DNA of 64,000 nucleotides from the NCBI GenBank assembly GCA_977018835.1, contig OZ361258.1, forward strand, positions 4,588,001 to 4,652,000, in the 5' to 3' direction. Both the position numbers and the translations under genes were made by a program. The notes under the pieces are model-generated. The model ran no database searches. It saw nothing but the letters and a program-made list of their open reading frames with translations, and was not told where the DNA came from. The first letter of the stretch is position 1; the number at the start of each line of letters is the position of its first letter. Positions 1 to 12,642 of this stretch are shown here, one piece after another. Source of the DNA: Minutocellus sp. GHC0000111 (lineage: Eukaryota).

Positions 1-384
1 ATCGTCTTTCTCTGGCGGCCCATTCCTCTCCCCCCGACCCTGCTTGGCATGGTCGGGACTTCGTATCCCAACGACCGCATTATCTGCATATGCAGTGCCC
101 GGCGTCGGTGATGTCAGCCCAAACCTAGGCTGCCGATAATGAGCAGGGTGGTAGAGGTACTCGAAAGCGGTTTGTAGCCGTCGAAGGGTGGACGGCATCG
201 GCGGGACGGCCGCTTCGTCGCCATCGGCATGGTTGCCACTGCTTGTAATCGCGCCTTCACCTATGGTGAGATCAATATTTGCGCTTCCACTGCCAAAGTT
301 GGCAATCGTCTCGGCATCCGGTTCCGCTTTGAATGTGCTTTCCTCCCACCTGGGCCTGGTTCTCTTTCGTCGGACGAGGCTCAT
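1..384 (-). CDS. Possible 5' part of a gene running off the window edge; unknown product
   Basis: Frame open from ATG at 384 (MSLVRRKRTRPRWEESTFK...) to position 1; no recognisable motif. Confidence 0.25.
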   Translation of the reverse strand, partial: MSLVRRKRTRPRWEESTFKAEPDAETIANFGSGSANIDLTIGEGAITSSGNHADGDEAAVPPMPSTLRRLQTAFEYLYHPAHYRQPRFGLTSPTPGTAYADNAVVGIRSPDHAKQGRGERNGPPEKDD

Positions 385-775
385 TCTTGATGATTCCGGA
401 GAGCAGTGGCGGCCAGCACCTTTATGCGTCGCTGCCTCAAAACCGAATATTACCAATCTTTGCTAACATCGGCGTTTCGTTGGTAAAGAGATCAAGCAAG
501 GGGACGATAAAGAGAGCGGCGGGTGGCCATTGCTGTGGCAATGGGGTTGGACCAGACAGACCAGACACTCGTGACAAAATTCGTCCGGCCAAGGCTTAAG
601 TCTAATTTGTGGCTACAAGGTAATTTTTCTTAGAAGAGATGGCGGCAGAAACTGCAGCAGCAGAAACTGCACGGAGACCACTGGAAGCAGCATTGATCGT
701 GATCCATTACTACCAGTAGTAGATCTAGTTGATCTACTGCATTGAAGAAATTCAACGAAAAAACGGTTGTGCACT

Positions 776-2317
776 TTACAATTCACTACCTTTATCATCA
801 TCCATTCCTCCTCCTTCTCCTTCCCCACCACCACTTTCACCCTTTCCCTCATCAACTCGGCTACCGATACCGGCACAATTGTACTCCTTGATCAACCTCT
901 TCCTCGTCGCCGAGAAGCCCATTTCGGGCAATACATCGGCCTGCAGCATGAAGAATTTAAATCGCACCAATTTCCGTTCTGGATTATCAGAATCAGCGAG
1001 ATTGGTAGAATCCCATTGTCGACAAAGATACGACCACAGCGCTTCACAAGAGTCACCCTCCAGCTCGGCTAGATAAGGGTACGACCTCCATCGACCTGGC
1101 CTTGCCGTGGATGTACAAGGTGCACCGCTTCCGGGCATCGTCCAATCGACATGGTCCTCATTGCCCCAAACGTCCACTACAGACCCATCTTGTAACTTCC
1201 CTGGTGCTATCTCCCATGTTACATACTCCTCAGCTCCTACAAACACATTCAAGCGATTGTGTAGCAATGGACTCCAGATATGCTTCATACTTTGATTGCA
1301 TTCATTGCTTGCCGTCTCGAACCATATCGAGCCCACAACAAAAGAAAGAACCAATAGAATGATTGGAATGTGCCGCCTCAGAGGTACTTTCCGAACGGTT
1401 ACAGATTTGAATTGGCCCATGGGAGGCACGAAAATGCACCAAGCACAGTTTGCCACCAGACTCAGTAGCACTGTATTACGAATGGTTGCGGCAATGCCAA
1501 GGTGCAAGCTCCAAACGACACCGACGGCCGTCAGTACCACGTTTGAACTACCAAAATAACTGCCAAGTAGTGCAATCGGCGCAACAAGCAACTCCACCCA
1601 AACAACTGTCGGTGTCAGTAGACGCAAGCCAAACGGTCCGAGGAGTGCGTACAGATATCGCGCACCGACAGTATGACGGGCATAGCTATCCAAGGCCGGA
1701 AGTGGATCAGCGCCGTAAGTCCAGCCCTTGAGCGGATCTGTGAATTTTCCGTATCCAGCATCGAAATAAATCCAAACTATCTGCATCTTGAGAGCAAGCG
1801 TAGCAATTGACACGACCATATCCGTGCTTCTTGTTGCAGTGGAACCATCCTTCTTCTTGCTGCTTTTTGACAGCCAAGCGTCGACACTCCACACACCTCC
1901 GAGAGGCAGCAGCATGGCGTAAAATAACAAGTAATGGAAATAGCGATCGAGAATGAATGCCAGCCACGTATTCCGAAGCGTGATGCTAAGATAGAAGAAC
2001 CAGCTCAGGACCGACATGAGACGAGTTCGATATCCAATTATAAGCAGTGCCGCGAACACACATTGAATGCCCAGGAGAGCCTGCTGATATACCAGCGAGC
2101 CAGAGTAGCAGTGGACACACACTACTCTGTATATTGGATCGATCTCGGCACCCAATAGGCGCATGGGGAGGGTGCCCTCTTCGCTTTAAAATGCATGCAG
2201 ATAATTGAAGCGAAGCGCCAGTTCCGCAAAGAGAAGGATTCCCAGAGTGATGCGAAAAAGTGCCAGCGACTCGACGGGTGCACCCAGAGCAGCGAGGAGG
2301 CCAGACCAATGGCCCAT
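776..2317 (-). pseudogene. HTTM-like / DCC1-associated multi-pass membrane protein with an in-frame premature stop
   Basis: MGHWSGLL...SLALFRITLGILL...[19 protein letters not shown]. The TAA at 2186-2188 is in frame with the 462-aa ORF, where a Tyr is expected (F-Y-S-E/D-x-G). Several TM helices; motifs LRN, YFDAG and GRWRSY. Confidence 0.65.
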
Positions 2318-2441
2318 GGTAATGATATGATGTATTGGAGTATCAATCTTGTACTTTTCCTTTGCCAGGCAAAGGAAGTTGTTGTCAGCAAGCAAGTCTA
2401 GTAGAAGTCAGATGCCGATCTGCCGATCGGTTGCGCTCATT

Positions 2442-5033
2442 CACAGCCCCATCTCGTCTTGTTTCGCCGGTCGGATGAAGCGTTTTTCGGCAGAAGACGA
2501 ACACGTCACGAAGAAACCCACCAAAACCCAATCTCGTTCGTCACCCATTCTTTGACCGTCCAACACCATGGTGGTCCGTCGGCGTTGCGCCGGCGTATAA
2601 CTATATTTTCGTACCAAATACGCATTCATTATCATGTTTGGATATAGTTGAAGCGTACTGTATCCTCAGATTGGCCTCCGCTGCGTATCAACGCCACGAA
2701 CCATCGGCCCACTTTTCCTCCATCTGTCGGCCGTTCGTTTCTCTGGGGTGGTACCATTGCTCCGTCTTTGTGCTCGTCGTGCTCCCGTTGTGATGCCCCA
2801 GACCCTCTGGTACTTTCCCACGTTGTTGTTGATGATAAACTGCCGGGATTGCGCCGCACCCCCCGTATGACCGACTCTCGCTGATCCCGACCGATCGCAT
2901 CCCCACTCGACCTCCCGGAATTCCGACAATAATTTTGCGCCCGAGAGGAGACAGATAGTGTTGGGATAAGTTTATGCAACAATCAACCCGACAAAGGGAC
3001 TTTTTGGTCTGGGAGATAAATGGGTGAGTTAAGAAGGACGTGATGTGTTTGTTTGGGTGTACTGTTTACTTTTTTGCTCAATCGCGATGCTGTTTGTAAA
3101 AGTTGGACTATGCAATTCATTTGTTGTTGTGTAGTAGCAGTGCAATTTCATTTTCTAATTTTATACATGCCCTGCTCCCATCTCTACATCCTCATCTCCA
3201 TCGGTGGCCATCATGATCATTTGTTGGCGCTTGTCATCAGTTTCTGCTTTAACAGCTTCGGTCCTTTTCCTTTTCCTTGTTCTTGCCACCCGAGAGTTTC
3301 GCTCCCGCCTCTCCTCGACCTTTGGATTGGATGCCCTCTCCTCAGCCTTGAACTGCGCCGTCTGTTGGGCCTCATATCCCTTGACGCCCTGAGTCCGACG
3401 ATCTTCCTTAACACCCTCTTGGTGGGCTCGCTCTACAAACGATTCGTCGAGCCAACAGATGCCGCCCCATCCATTCTTCACTAGCCAAATGTGTTGGTCC
3501 AAGATGTGATCTTCGAGTAAGTGCCACTTGGGCGTTGTGCTAATGCCGATTGCCCGTGCTTGCTTGAGGGCACTTGCAATCAATGCTTCAAGCTCTCTCA
3601 CAGCCTTCTTTGCCTCATCATCCCATTTCATGTGCCATTTCAGAAACCTGGAATATGTTGCGTCAAGAGTGTGGAGCAAATTAGAGCAAGCTTTGCAGAG
3701 CTCTTTGATGTCGTCATCCGTCATGCCATCTTCCTCGCGATTGTGCTCTAGGAGAGTTCCTTTGGTGGAGGTGTTGTGGTGGATGAACTCTATTGTCCTT
3801 GGTTTCTTCTTGTTGTTGCCATCAGAAATATTAACAGATAAAGCTCTCCAGCATTCTGCCAGCACTGCCCTTATTTTACCTGAGTCGGCAGCCTCAATGC
3901 CGGCCTTTTTCAGGAAATGGAAGTGAGGGGCATCGTCATCCTCGGCATCATCGACAGCTCCCATCTCTGGCTCGCCATCACCGTGCTTCTGACGATGCTT
4001 CTCAAAGTGCTGCTGCATGCATGCTTCATGTGTAGCGTCCTCTCTTGCAATATCAGCTTCGTCCTCATAACAGGGCACATAGTCCTCGTCTTCGTCGTCA
4101 TCGTCCTCACTGATCTCGCCGGCCTCCGTCGTGGTCAGGGTGCCCACCGTCCCAACATCGTCGTCATTGTCCCACCCATCGTCCTGGCCATTGTGCCCAC
4201 CAGGGAACTTCTGGGCCTCGAGCAACATCTGCCTGTTGATTTCGTAGTCCATCGCCGCATATCCCACCGATGCATGTGGTGCGACCGACTTGAGGAATGC
4301 ATTGCATGCCTTCGTCAAATTGAGCCGCGGCGGCGGTGTTTCGAGGCGAAATTGTTGCGCTCGACCGTGACCATGTCGAAAGCCATCCATCCATCATCAT
4401 GGAGAGCGTCGGCTGCACGAGGATTGATGGAGCCGAGGCGAACAAACATGCTCTTTTTGTATGGGGTTCGCTGAACGTCGTCGGCAAGGCAGTGTCTTGA
4501 TGCCATTTCATCCCATCCATTCTGGTTGTCTGTCCTCACAAAAAACACATCGCAGTCTTCGTGTTTCTTCTTCTTCAAACCCAAGATGCCCGCAGTGTGC
4601 ATGACGGCGCCGTACATGATGGGACTGCATCCCAACACATTCATCAAGGAGTCGTTGTTGTTGCCGATGAAAAATTGTAGTAATGAAGTTCCTTTCTGCG
4701 AAGACGGACGAGCAGTTCAGCAAGGGCGTCCTGCACCGCAATTCTGTCTGCGGTGTTGACCGCGGGATTGCGGCCGTTATTTTTTTTGCTCATGGAGAAT
4801 TATGGATCGAGACCAACGGGAATATCACCAGGATGTCGGGAGTACCTGGTTGGTCTCGTGCCGTAATTCTCCCACACCAGCGCGAGATATCGCCTTCGTT
4901 CTGCACGTAGCGGCGGCAATTTGAATTTTTGCCGCCATGGTGGCTCGCGCCGGTGGATTGCTTCGCGCGCCGGCCGGCCACCGAAAGTGCGACCAAAAGT
5001 ATGCGAGTCATCCGGCTGGCAGATGGTGCTGTG
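2442..5033 (-). mobile_element. 2592-bp non-autonomous DNA transposon (Chapaev/Transib-like), copy 1
   Basis: Termini CACAGCCCCATCT...AGATGGTGCTGTG (13-bp imperfect TIR). Near-identical inverted copy at 23852-26450. Flanks are CATT (left) and AGAA (right). Confidence 0.9.
3161..4390 (-). CDS. Truncated transposase, C-terminal Chapaev/RAG1-like HxxxxH...ExxxERxHQ region (409 aa)
   Basis: TPKWHLLEDH...GICWLDESFVERAHQEGVKEDRRTQG resembles the Chapaev SxKxHxLxxH...DExGERFHQ...RYQG and RAG1 TNYFHKTLAH...SEGNE segments. No N-terminal catalytic D/D region is recognisable. Confidence 0.7.
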   Translation of the reverse strand: MDGFRHGHGRAQQFRLETPPPRLNLTKACNAFLKSVAPHASVGYAAMDYEINRQMLLEAQKFPGGHNGQDDGWDNDDDVGTVGTLTTTEAGEISEDDDDEDEDYVPCYEDEADIAREDATHEACMQQHFEKHRQKHGDGEPEMGAVDDAEDDDAPHFHFLKKAGIEAADSGKIRAVLAECWRALSVNISDGNNKKKPRTIEFIHHNTSTKGTLLEHNREEDGMTDDDIKELCKACSNLLHTLDATYSRFLKWHMKWDDEAKKAVRELEALIASALKQARAIGISTTPKWHLLEDHILDQHIWLVKNGWGGICWLDESFVERAHQEGVKEDRRTQGVKGYEAQQTAQFKAEERASNPKVEERRERNSRVARTRKRKRTEAVKAETDDKRQQMIMMATDGDEDVEMGAGHV

Positions 5034-5302
5034 AGAATGGTATCAGATCATCAGCGATGAATTTCGGGGTATTAATACCTCCACCTGTCCTAAAAAATAC
5101 CCGGAAGCTAAACTAGCAGATAGAGCCTGACCTCAGCTCACACACCGACCGGCCGGGGAGGAAACAACAACCTTCTCACAGTAGATCTAGATCTACCGGT
5201 ACCCGGTACCAGTACGAGTAGCTCTACATCTACCCTACATTTAGGTCCATTAGGAATTCCTACCATAAAGGATTTCACTCAATCATTCCTCTTGCTACAT
5301 GT

Positions 5303-8300
5303 CTAAATCTTAAAATCGCCTGCTCCGATGGTGGAGGAGGTGGTAGTGGCCACGGAAGCAGCAGTTGCGGTGCCCTTCATTTCCTTGCACTTCCGAAGAG
5401 CTCCCCACTTTTCGTATGCCTCAAAGGCATTGTTGTACTGGACGCTAGCCGCCAGGGTTTCTCCAGACGACAAAAGGAAGTCGCTGTATCGCTCGCAAAT
5501 GAGGGCCTCCTCGTTTACAAAGCGATGCTCTCTTGCTAGGCGGATTGCCTTCTCATACTCTCCGGCAGCTCCGACTTGATCACCCGCATTCGCCATCTGC
5601 TCGGCCTTGAGCAACGATAGTTTATGCTCGAAGTTCCAAGCCGATGACAATTTCCACTTCTCCACTCTAGCGAGAGATGTGTTGATGATACTACCCCACT
5701 TGGAATTTGTGGGATCTTTCCTCGCCATTGACAGACCTGCAAGGCCGCCGTAAAATGAGAATATCGAGACAGTGAATCTGCCCATCAAATTCTTGTCAAG
5801 TTCGGCTTCTATACATTGATCGTACATTTCGGCTGCAAATTCATCGCGGCCGAATGTGTAGGCAAGCACCATCCTCAGCAAGTAATATTGGCAAACTGAA
5901 GTTTGCATCCCCCGCTCAATTTGTTGCCTGAGAAATGCGTCGCCTTGGATCACGCTACCCTCAAGGACCGTTGGATCTCCTGAGCCCGACTTGCCAGCGA
6001 GGATCTCAGCGCATTGCCACAGAGGAAACGCAACAGCTGTTACCAGATCCATCTTATATTGCTTGCACTCGTTTCCTAGCTCTGATAGATCCTTCACGAT
6101 GCTGTCGAGAGGCTGCCCGCACTGAAAACAGTTCATGGCGTAAATCATCATCGTCATCAAGGCATATTCTGGATCACCAGTTTCGATGGCAGCATTACGG
6201 CCATCAATCAGAGGTGAAAGAGTGGACTGAACAGGTTCGACCCATACGTTGATGCAGCTGTAAAGTGAAACATTGATCCGAGCCAACAACTCTCGCGCAT
6301 TCAGCTTTTCAACGATAGCCGCCGAAATTTTGCCAACTCGATAACCCTCGGCAAAGTTGCTTAAAAATCCGCTACAGATTACTCCGTGTGCTGAAAAAGC
6401 CGTTGCGCTTTCTTTGCACAACCCATACTGCATTGTCAGGTGAACCATCCGGCATACAACCAGGGGCAACTTCAGCACATCATTGCAATAAAGATAAAGA
6501 ATCAACAAATTCAGAAACTTCATCGTGTTGAGAACATGACTGTCCGTCATCATGTTTTGCGACATGAACCATTCCATGTCCTTGGTTTCCAGTATATTCT
6601 GAGTACGTACAACTTCTTGCATCGCCATTGTTCGGCTGACTTCCTCCTCAAAGGGCTCCCCAAGTTGATTCAAAACTTCAAAGCAGGTGCTGATGGCCGC
6701 CTTAAGGTCGTTCTGTGCGGCGCAAGCACTAGCCAGCGTGTAATATGCTCGGAGCTTATCTTTGAAAGATTGTGCTTGAGTGAAGACTTCATTTAGGACA
6801 ATAGTCATCTCCTCGTAGTTACCAGTAACATATTCAATTTCAGATAGACTTGTGTAGATGTCAAGACACAGGCTGTAGTTGTCTCTCCAATCATTATCGT
6901 CGAGATATATGAGCGCAGACCGAAGATAGATGGCAGCCGGAAGAAAAGCGGAGGAAGCAATAGCACTCTTCGCCGCTTGGAGATTCAATTGTGCGGTGTA
7001 CACCTTTTCGAACGCATTTGTAATCAATTCGGATCCTCGATTCAATTGCCCGACGCAAGTAAATAGCAAGTCTGCTTCCAACCCTTCAGTGGACAATGTG
7101 GCCTTTAAAAGACTCCGACCAAGCTGCAAATGGAACGATGGTCGGTCACTAGCACTGACAAGCGAGTAAGCGGCCTGCTGGATCTGGTCGTGGCTGAATC
7201 GATACGTAGACCCTACCTTCATCAATAGGCCTTCATCTACCGGGCGGCGCAAAAGAGCAGTCAGGCCGTTCTCTGCCGCCAGCCCGAGGCCTTGACTAAG
7301 TAATTCTAGCGTCAATGCTTGAGTCTGAGCTCCCATGCACGCAGCAACCTTGACACTCCACATTTCTGTAGCACCAAGCCTGAGCAGCTTCCTCAACATC
7401 AGATCTACTACGTTGGATTTGATTTCAAGAGCTGCAATGGCGTCATCATCCCACTCCCAACGCCGAGCACTTGCGGAGTATCGCAGCAAATTTTGACGGT
7501 GCAAGTCAGAGAGCAGCTCAACGACAAAGAGGCAATTTCCACTCGTCTTGGAGTATACTGCATCCGAAAGAGGCCGCGTCAACAAGGGTGACAACTTGAG
7601 GGTGTCGGATATTAGAGCATTGATACTGCTTTTGTCCATGCTGCTCAGCTCGATATTGAGCAATTGGACCCCGACGCCTTGAATCTGCGAAAGCTGGGGA
7701 AGGAGAGGATGGTCCTGATCAACCTCATTGCTCCGGTAGGAACCTACAAACATTAATGATCGCATTCCACTTGCACAAACAATCTCTCGGATTAAATCAA
7801 GGCTCATTGCATCGGCCCACTGTAGATCGTCGATGAAGAGAATCACGGGATGAGAGGGTGTGGCAATAGCGCTGAAGAGTCTTCGGAAGAGGTAAATTAA
7901 ACGATTCAATGCCTTCGAATCAATCTCAACATCGCCTTCTTCTTGCATTTGTCCGGCGCTTGATTGCTTCCTTTGCATATTGATGCTTTCGTCAACTATC
8001 GTCGGAACTATTCTGCGCAGATTGGGAATGAGCCTTGTAATCGCGTCGGTATCATCTCCAATGGCATTTTTAATGGCTTGGATTGTATCCATATTAGGCC
8101 CGGGGAGTAAAGCCAAATCATCGCAGAAGGCGTCCAAAGCTTGCACAACTGCCAACAGAGGTTTCGTTTGGCGAAGTGTGTCGAATTTACCGGATATGAA
8201 GTAGCCGCCCTGTTCAACTGTAGGTTGGCGGAGCTGTTGGATCAGGACTGTCTTTCCGATGCCGGAATAACCAGACACGGTCACCACCTCTGTGCGTCCT

Positions 8301-9920
8301 CCCTTCCGAATAGCCCTTTCAAACACAGACATTAGAAGTGCTGTGTCCTCATCTCGCCCGTACAATTTACCTTGAGAAAATTCGAGCCGGCTTCCAGGTT
8401 GCCCCCATCGGCATCGCGCTTCGGGTGCATCGCTGTCCTCAATGTCGTAGAGATAACGATCAGGATCGTCCACCATTAACTGGACATCAATGATGAAATC
8501 ATCAATTTCTTTGCTGTGGTCTAATGTATTTTGCACGTTCATCAACGACTTTACCAGATCATCAATCGCTACCGGTAGCCCAAGATCTCGGAGAGGGATG
8601 CAATCATTGTCCGTAGATATTGCCGTAGATGCCCGCCCACGCTTCTTCTTCGTTTGTGCATCTGGGATATCTTCCTCATCTGTGTCTGCATCGACAACAG
8701 CTGCAAGTGAATCGAAGAGGTCCGCATCTTCTTGATTCTGGAACGGTGGAATTCCAGAGAATAGCTCGTATAATACTGCACCGACGCTCACAAGATCAGC
8801 CCTGATGGTGTCGTCAAATGATTCCGAGGAGTGATGTGGGGGCTCAGGGTTGGTGTCTTTGAAGGCAATGCAGTACCCCGCTTCTTCACCAGCTGCACCC
8901 CCGGGAACCTTCGAGACACAAAGAGTCTCCGTGCCAATCACACCATTACCAAAGATCGTGCCGTTCTGGTGGTATAGTCGGACCGTCTGTAGCAGCCTTA
9001 ATGCCAACTTGGCCGCCTCGAGCTGGTAGTGCCGGTCAGCCTCTTGTACCTGACTGCCGTGCAGAGACATGGCCCGGATCATTTCGCCACTGATCCAGTC
9101 CTTCAGAGAGACCGCTCCTCTGGTTTGATCGAGAGAGAATGTGTCCGGCGAGATCGATTCTTGGGTCAGGGTGGGTGACTGCCCCCAGCCAACGACCTGC
9201 ACCGAGTCCGATGCAAGGCCGTCGAATGCATCCGGCGGATACTGTTGAACCAAGATGTTGCCATTCGCGCAGGGACCATTGCTCTTCCACCCCCAGCCAA
9301 ACCCAACATGCTGATGCAATCGGAGACGGGTCCCGATCCGTCTGACATGGTATATTCCTGCTGGTCGCCAGCCGCGCGACCGACCGAGCTGTTGCAAGTC
9401 ACACCACTTGCCCCGACTCTGATCATCGCACTTCCATTATCTACGGTGCTTCCCTTCCGATCAGATTTGCCATTGCTGCTCATATTGCCCCCGCCGGTCT
9501 TCCTCTTGAGATGGTGCTCCCCCATCCGTATCTTGTCGATGTACTTGACGTCCTTCTCCCTCAAACTTTGCTTGGCCCGCTCCAGCATCGTCGCCTCGTC
9601 GCCTCGTCGACCGGCACCCACACGTCGGCCGCGGATCTGTCATCGCCAAATCCCCACCGCGCCGCCTGCTCCTTGGTGGCTCGCTTCAGAAATCGTCCGG
9701 GAGGATCCAACCCGGTCCGTATGTGCCGACATATCTCCCGGGCAATTTCGTTCTTGCGGGCCTTGTCACCACCGCCGCACGACATGTACTCGTCCTTCCG
9801 GGAGGCGATGAGGTTGCGAAAGTTCTCGTTGCCGGGGTTCGTCACGATGCCGGCTCCCCGACCGCACAGGACGTCGTGTCGGTTGATTTGATCGGCCGTG
9901 ATGTACTCGAAGCTTTCCAT
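5303..9920 (-). pseudogene. DUF6824 + degenerate kinase-like + COG3899-type AAA ATPase + helical-repeat protein; 5' part frameshifted
   Basis: DVLCGRG..NPGNENFR..GRFLK (DUF6824, 9561-9920). An 8-bp duplication at 9593-9608 and a second frame change near 9290. The main ORF 5303-9397 has YGRDEDTALL, Walker A GYSGIGKT and Walker B ILFIDDLQWAD. Confidence 0.7.
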
Positions 9921-10115
9921 GGGTGCTGAGGATGGTTGTGCTGGTTTCTTCTTGTTCTTCTCTTTGTTGTTAGCTTTGGTGCTGGTGCTGGTTGGTCGTC
10001 GTTGTTGTTATTGGCTGTGCCTACGCCTTCTGATGCTTGTGTCGGAGCCGACGAAAGGCCAGAAGCGGTAGCGCTAACGCCGCCATGATTATCAACGCCA
10101 TCGGTATGGGCACCG

Positions 10116-10253
10116 GCGGCGATGATAGCGCCGATGGCAAAAAGCACATACCAATTGGTACATGTAGTGTTATTGGTACAATTGTTATTTGATACACGTA
10201 GGAGCGGCGGCTCGGCTCATCGGCCATGTTGATGTAGTCGAAAACGAGGCCTA
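10116..10253. repeat. 138-bp direct repeat, copy A
   Basis: gcggcgatga...aaaacgaggccta matches 12040-12177 with a few substitutions. Confidence 0.9.
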
Positions 10254-10292
10254 GGAATTCCTACTACTCAACACATTATATAAATCATTATT

Positions 10293-10530
10293 GACTCTGT
10301 GTGCCTTTCCCGATCCCTGCGGCTCCTGATACGAGTAATCCGTGTACGATCGCAAGGCCAAGCCTCATGTTTTACATGTAGGCCCCATTTTGACTGGAAA
10401 AGAACGGGCTGCGCGGAAATCGACTCTGTGTGCCTTTCCCTGCTGATGATAATCCGTGTACGATCGCAAGCCTCATGTTTTATTTGTAGGCCCCATTTTT
10501 TTGGAAAAGAACGGGCTGCGCGGAAATCGA
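10293..10530. repeat. Imperfect tandem duplication (units about 129 and 109 bp)
   Basis: gactctgtgtgcctttccc...ggaaaagaacgggctgcgcggaaatc starts at 10293 and again at 10422. Confidence 0.85.
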
Positions 10531-10909
10531 TCCAGAGGTACTGCATGCCGTGCCATCCCACACACATTTTGCCGGGATGGTGCACTTCGCCATGAACCGA
10601 GATGTATGCCTGGTGGTGCCGCGATCTGTTGTTGCTTGTTCGTCCTGTTTTCCTGCGTTGTATTTTATTGTAGCATTGTAGGCCTACCTAGGTACAGTCA
10701 TCGGAGTCGCCAGCACTTCGCCGAGAACGAGACCATGACACATAAAGTCCTAAAAGCAAAAAAAAAAACACTACAAATCTACACCCGAATCAATCAATCA
10801 GTCATCGAGGGTACCTAATCAAGTGGTGGCACAGATCACAAATGTGTCAGATCTGCAGCGAAGATGGGGGGCCTACATGTAGATCTAAGCCGACGAATCG
10901 GCCTTCCGG

Positions 10910-11503
10910 ATGGCACTAGGCGGCGCGCCCGAGAACGGTGGGTCGGACACGGCAGACCAAAGTCCGAGGCCGAGGCCGTCGGACCAAGCAGGTGTAGAAC
11001 TAATGTGCCTAGCCGGAACCCGAGAGCCACAGAGGCATCGGGTGGTGGCTCTCTCGGACAATTGTGTAAGGCAGGCCGAGGCGACCTTTCACGTGCCCGC
11101 AGGTGGCAGAGCAGTCTCTGTTCCACTTGTTGTTGGCGAGATGAGAGGCCAATGCTCGGAGTCGTCTCCGAAAACAATGGCGCCGCCACCTGAAGAAGGC
11201 GGCGCCTCTTCGGCAAGCTTCGTCCAAGCATGTCAAGAGGCAAGTGATGTGGCCAGAAATGCACGCCGAAAGGAATTACGCCTTCTCTTCCGTCCTCACA
11301 AGAAGGAGCATCACTACATGGCCTTTGCAACGGCAATCAACGAATTAGCTGAACAAGAAGACAGCGCGGATAGCGATGTCGACAGTCACGACAACGACGA
11401 AACACTGGCGATTGAACTCTCCCTCTTGAGGAACATTGCAACACTGCTTCGTCCAAGGAAAGCAGAAAAACACTTTCTCTACACGGGGAGGGACATTCTG
11501 TAA
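10910..11503 (+). CDS. Hypothetical protein or gene remnant between the 138-bp repeats
   Basis: 197-aa ORF with a helical/acidic segment; downstream frames are interrupted by stops. Confidence 0.25.
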   Translation: MALGGAPENGGSDTADQSPRPRPSDQAGVELMCLAGTREPQRHRVVALSDNCVRQAEATFHVPAGGRAVSVPLVVGEMRGQCSESSPKTMAPPPEEGGASSASFVQACQEASDVARNARRKELRLLFRPHKKEHHYMAFATAINELAEQEDSADSDVDSHDNDETLAIELSLLRNIATLLRPRKAEKHFLYTGRDIL

Positions 11504-12039
11504 ATTGCAAACAACATTGAGCGTGCGCAGCATTTAAGTGCTGAATAAGTCAGAAAGGATGCATTAGAACATCTATTGCATAAGAAAGCTCGATTCGGCG
11601 CACTCTAAAACAATTCATCCACGGCATGCGTAGTAGATGATGACTGTGTGAAAAAGAACATTTAATAACCACATCTCCATGGCATTGTGATAATTAATCT
11701 AGTCAGCCTCGATGGGCCAAATCTCCGGCTTTTTCATGGGATGAAAAGTAAACAGAGGGTGATGGATTGGTTCAACATCTTTGGGTAGCTCAAAAATGGG
11801 TGCAAGACACAGGGGCTGAGAGACTTCGCCAAGTTTGCCACCATTTCTGCCACCTTTGCCACCCCCAGCGGCGCTGCCATGTTCGGACGCCCCTGCCTTC
11901 CCATCGTCGAGGTCGCACTGGGCTTCGACGGCTTCAACGAGATGCTGGCCAATAGATTCCGTCGTGATTTCCTCCCTGTCGACTATGGTGATTCATTCTC
12001 AAGTCGGGATGGCATGCGCAACGAACCGTTGTGTTCCAT

Positions 12040-12177
12040 GCGGCGATGACAGCGCCGATGGCAAAAAGCACATGCCAATTGGCACATGTAGTGTTATTGG
12101 TACCATTGTTATTTTATACACGTAGGAGCGGCGGCTCGGCTCATCGGCCATGTTGATGTTGTCGAAAACGAGGCCTA
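12040..12177. repeat. 138-bp direct repeat, copy B
   Basis: Matches 10116-10253. Confidence 0.9.
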
Positions 12178-12642
12178 CTAGTAGCTAGGAATTCCTGCTA
12201 CGGGTAGCTACGTAGAAGTGCAGGCCTACAGCACTGTAGCCAAAAGCCACTTCGATCGAACGAGTCCACTACGATTTAACACTTGAGTCGAGCCAGTCCA
12301 TTCATTCTCTACTTTCAGCATTCGGATAATATTAGAAACATCAGGGAAGGAAAGGAGCAAAAGGGGAAAAACCAACTCTCCATGGGCTTCCACCGTCATC
12401 CTCCGGCCCAGCGAGCACCGCCTCCATCGCGTATCTTGACCGAAGCCCGCTACGGCAACACATCTTGTGCTGTTGAAGGTTGCAAGATAGATCTACCAGC
12501 AGCCCACCGCGGAGCATCCCTTTGTTAGCGCTCTTTCATTCTTTGCGTACCAGGCGCCAATAACCAAAGCGGAAGGGCGCACGAAGTATTAGTAATCGGC
12601 GCAAATCTCGAAGTAAACAACCCCAAACGCCAACTCAAAATT

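Noticed and set aside
10293..10530. CRISPR-like array
   Set aside because: Only two long imperfect units, no spacers or cas genes, and a eukaryotic context.
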